From positions 7,232,784-7,296,783 of the forward strand of contig CM121341.1 in assembly GCA_051530055.1 (NCBI GenBank): a stretch of DNA of 64,000 nucleotides. The letters are read 5' to 3'. Positions within the stretch are counted from its first letter, which is position 1. Every line of letters starts with the position of its first letter. The DNA is from Neoechinorhynchus agilis. Taxonomy: Eukaryota; Animalia; Acanthocephala. The position numbers were made by a program, and so were the translations under genes. Under the pieces are notes generated by a model. It saw only the letters and a list, made by a program, of their open reading frames with translations, ran no database searches and was not told the origin of the DNA. This document shows positions 63,640-64,000 of the stretch, piece after piece.

Positions 63640-64000
63640 AAAATTGTACTAGACCCATAGCCACAAATCTAAAATCTTTTACCTCAAAAATAATCTTTAA
63701 AGAATAGACTAAAAGACAATACAAAATAGAGAATTATCCACCAAACAACCTTTTTTTTGCCTTTAATCTTCTTTAAAACGGAACCGCAATCAACAAAACT
63801 AAAGATCCACTCTAGACAAAACAACAATTTTTTCTATGGCAGAAGAAAATCAAACAATTAAAATAGTTAAAACACCAACTACCACTAAAATGGATACGTT
63901 TAAAGTGTAAGAATAAACCAATAAAGATAACAGCTAAAGAGACATTTTCTGAAAGCAACAGTAGAATTAACGAACGTTACGAATCATAATCCTTTACTAA
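63640..64000 (-). pseudogene. NUMT: nad5 fragment
   Basis: LVVVGVLTILIVWFSSAMEKIVVLS (TGA=W, ATA=M) resembles nad5 ...AxxExDxKKIxALS; same strand bias as the cob-nad1 relic. Confidence 0.55.

Overview
AT-rich eukaryotic (animal) nuclear DNA with short GT-AG introns (mostly 40-60 bp); coordinates were read by eye and are approximate unless stated. Recognisable genes: GH18 chitinase, Rap1GAP, RING-Bbox-filamin TRIM protein, dynein-light-chain-like protein, DYRK1-type kinase (interrupted), TNFAIP8-like and a 13-exon CDC45, plus several intronless orphan ORFs. Intergenic and intronic space holds eight unrelated tandem-repeat families, decayed CRE, L2/CR1-like, pogo-like and Tc1-like transposon relics, and a decayed mitochondrial insertion (nad5, cob, nad1 on one strand, an order I recall from acanthocephalans). 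Most notable are three RNA-like repeat systems: (1) a 185-bp tandem array with a minimal type I hammerhead ribozyme motif in all 12 units (retrozyme-like), directly upstream of DYRK1; (2) a dispersed tRNA-headed SINE-like element carrying a complete hammerhead core whose strands are in a non-canonical order; (3) a 487-bp tandem array of a tRNA-like gene with an abnormally extended anticodon arm. None has been tested; all ribozyme and tRNA calls are motif and base-pairing inferences.
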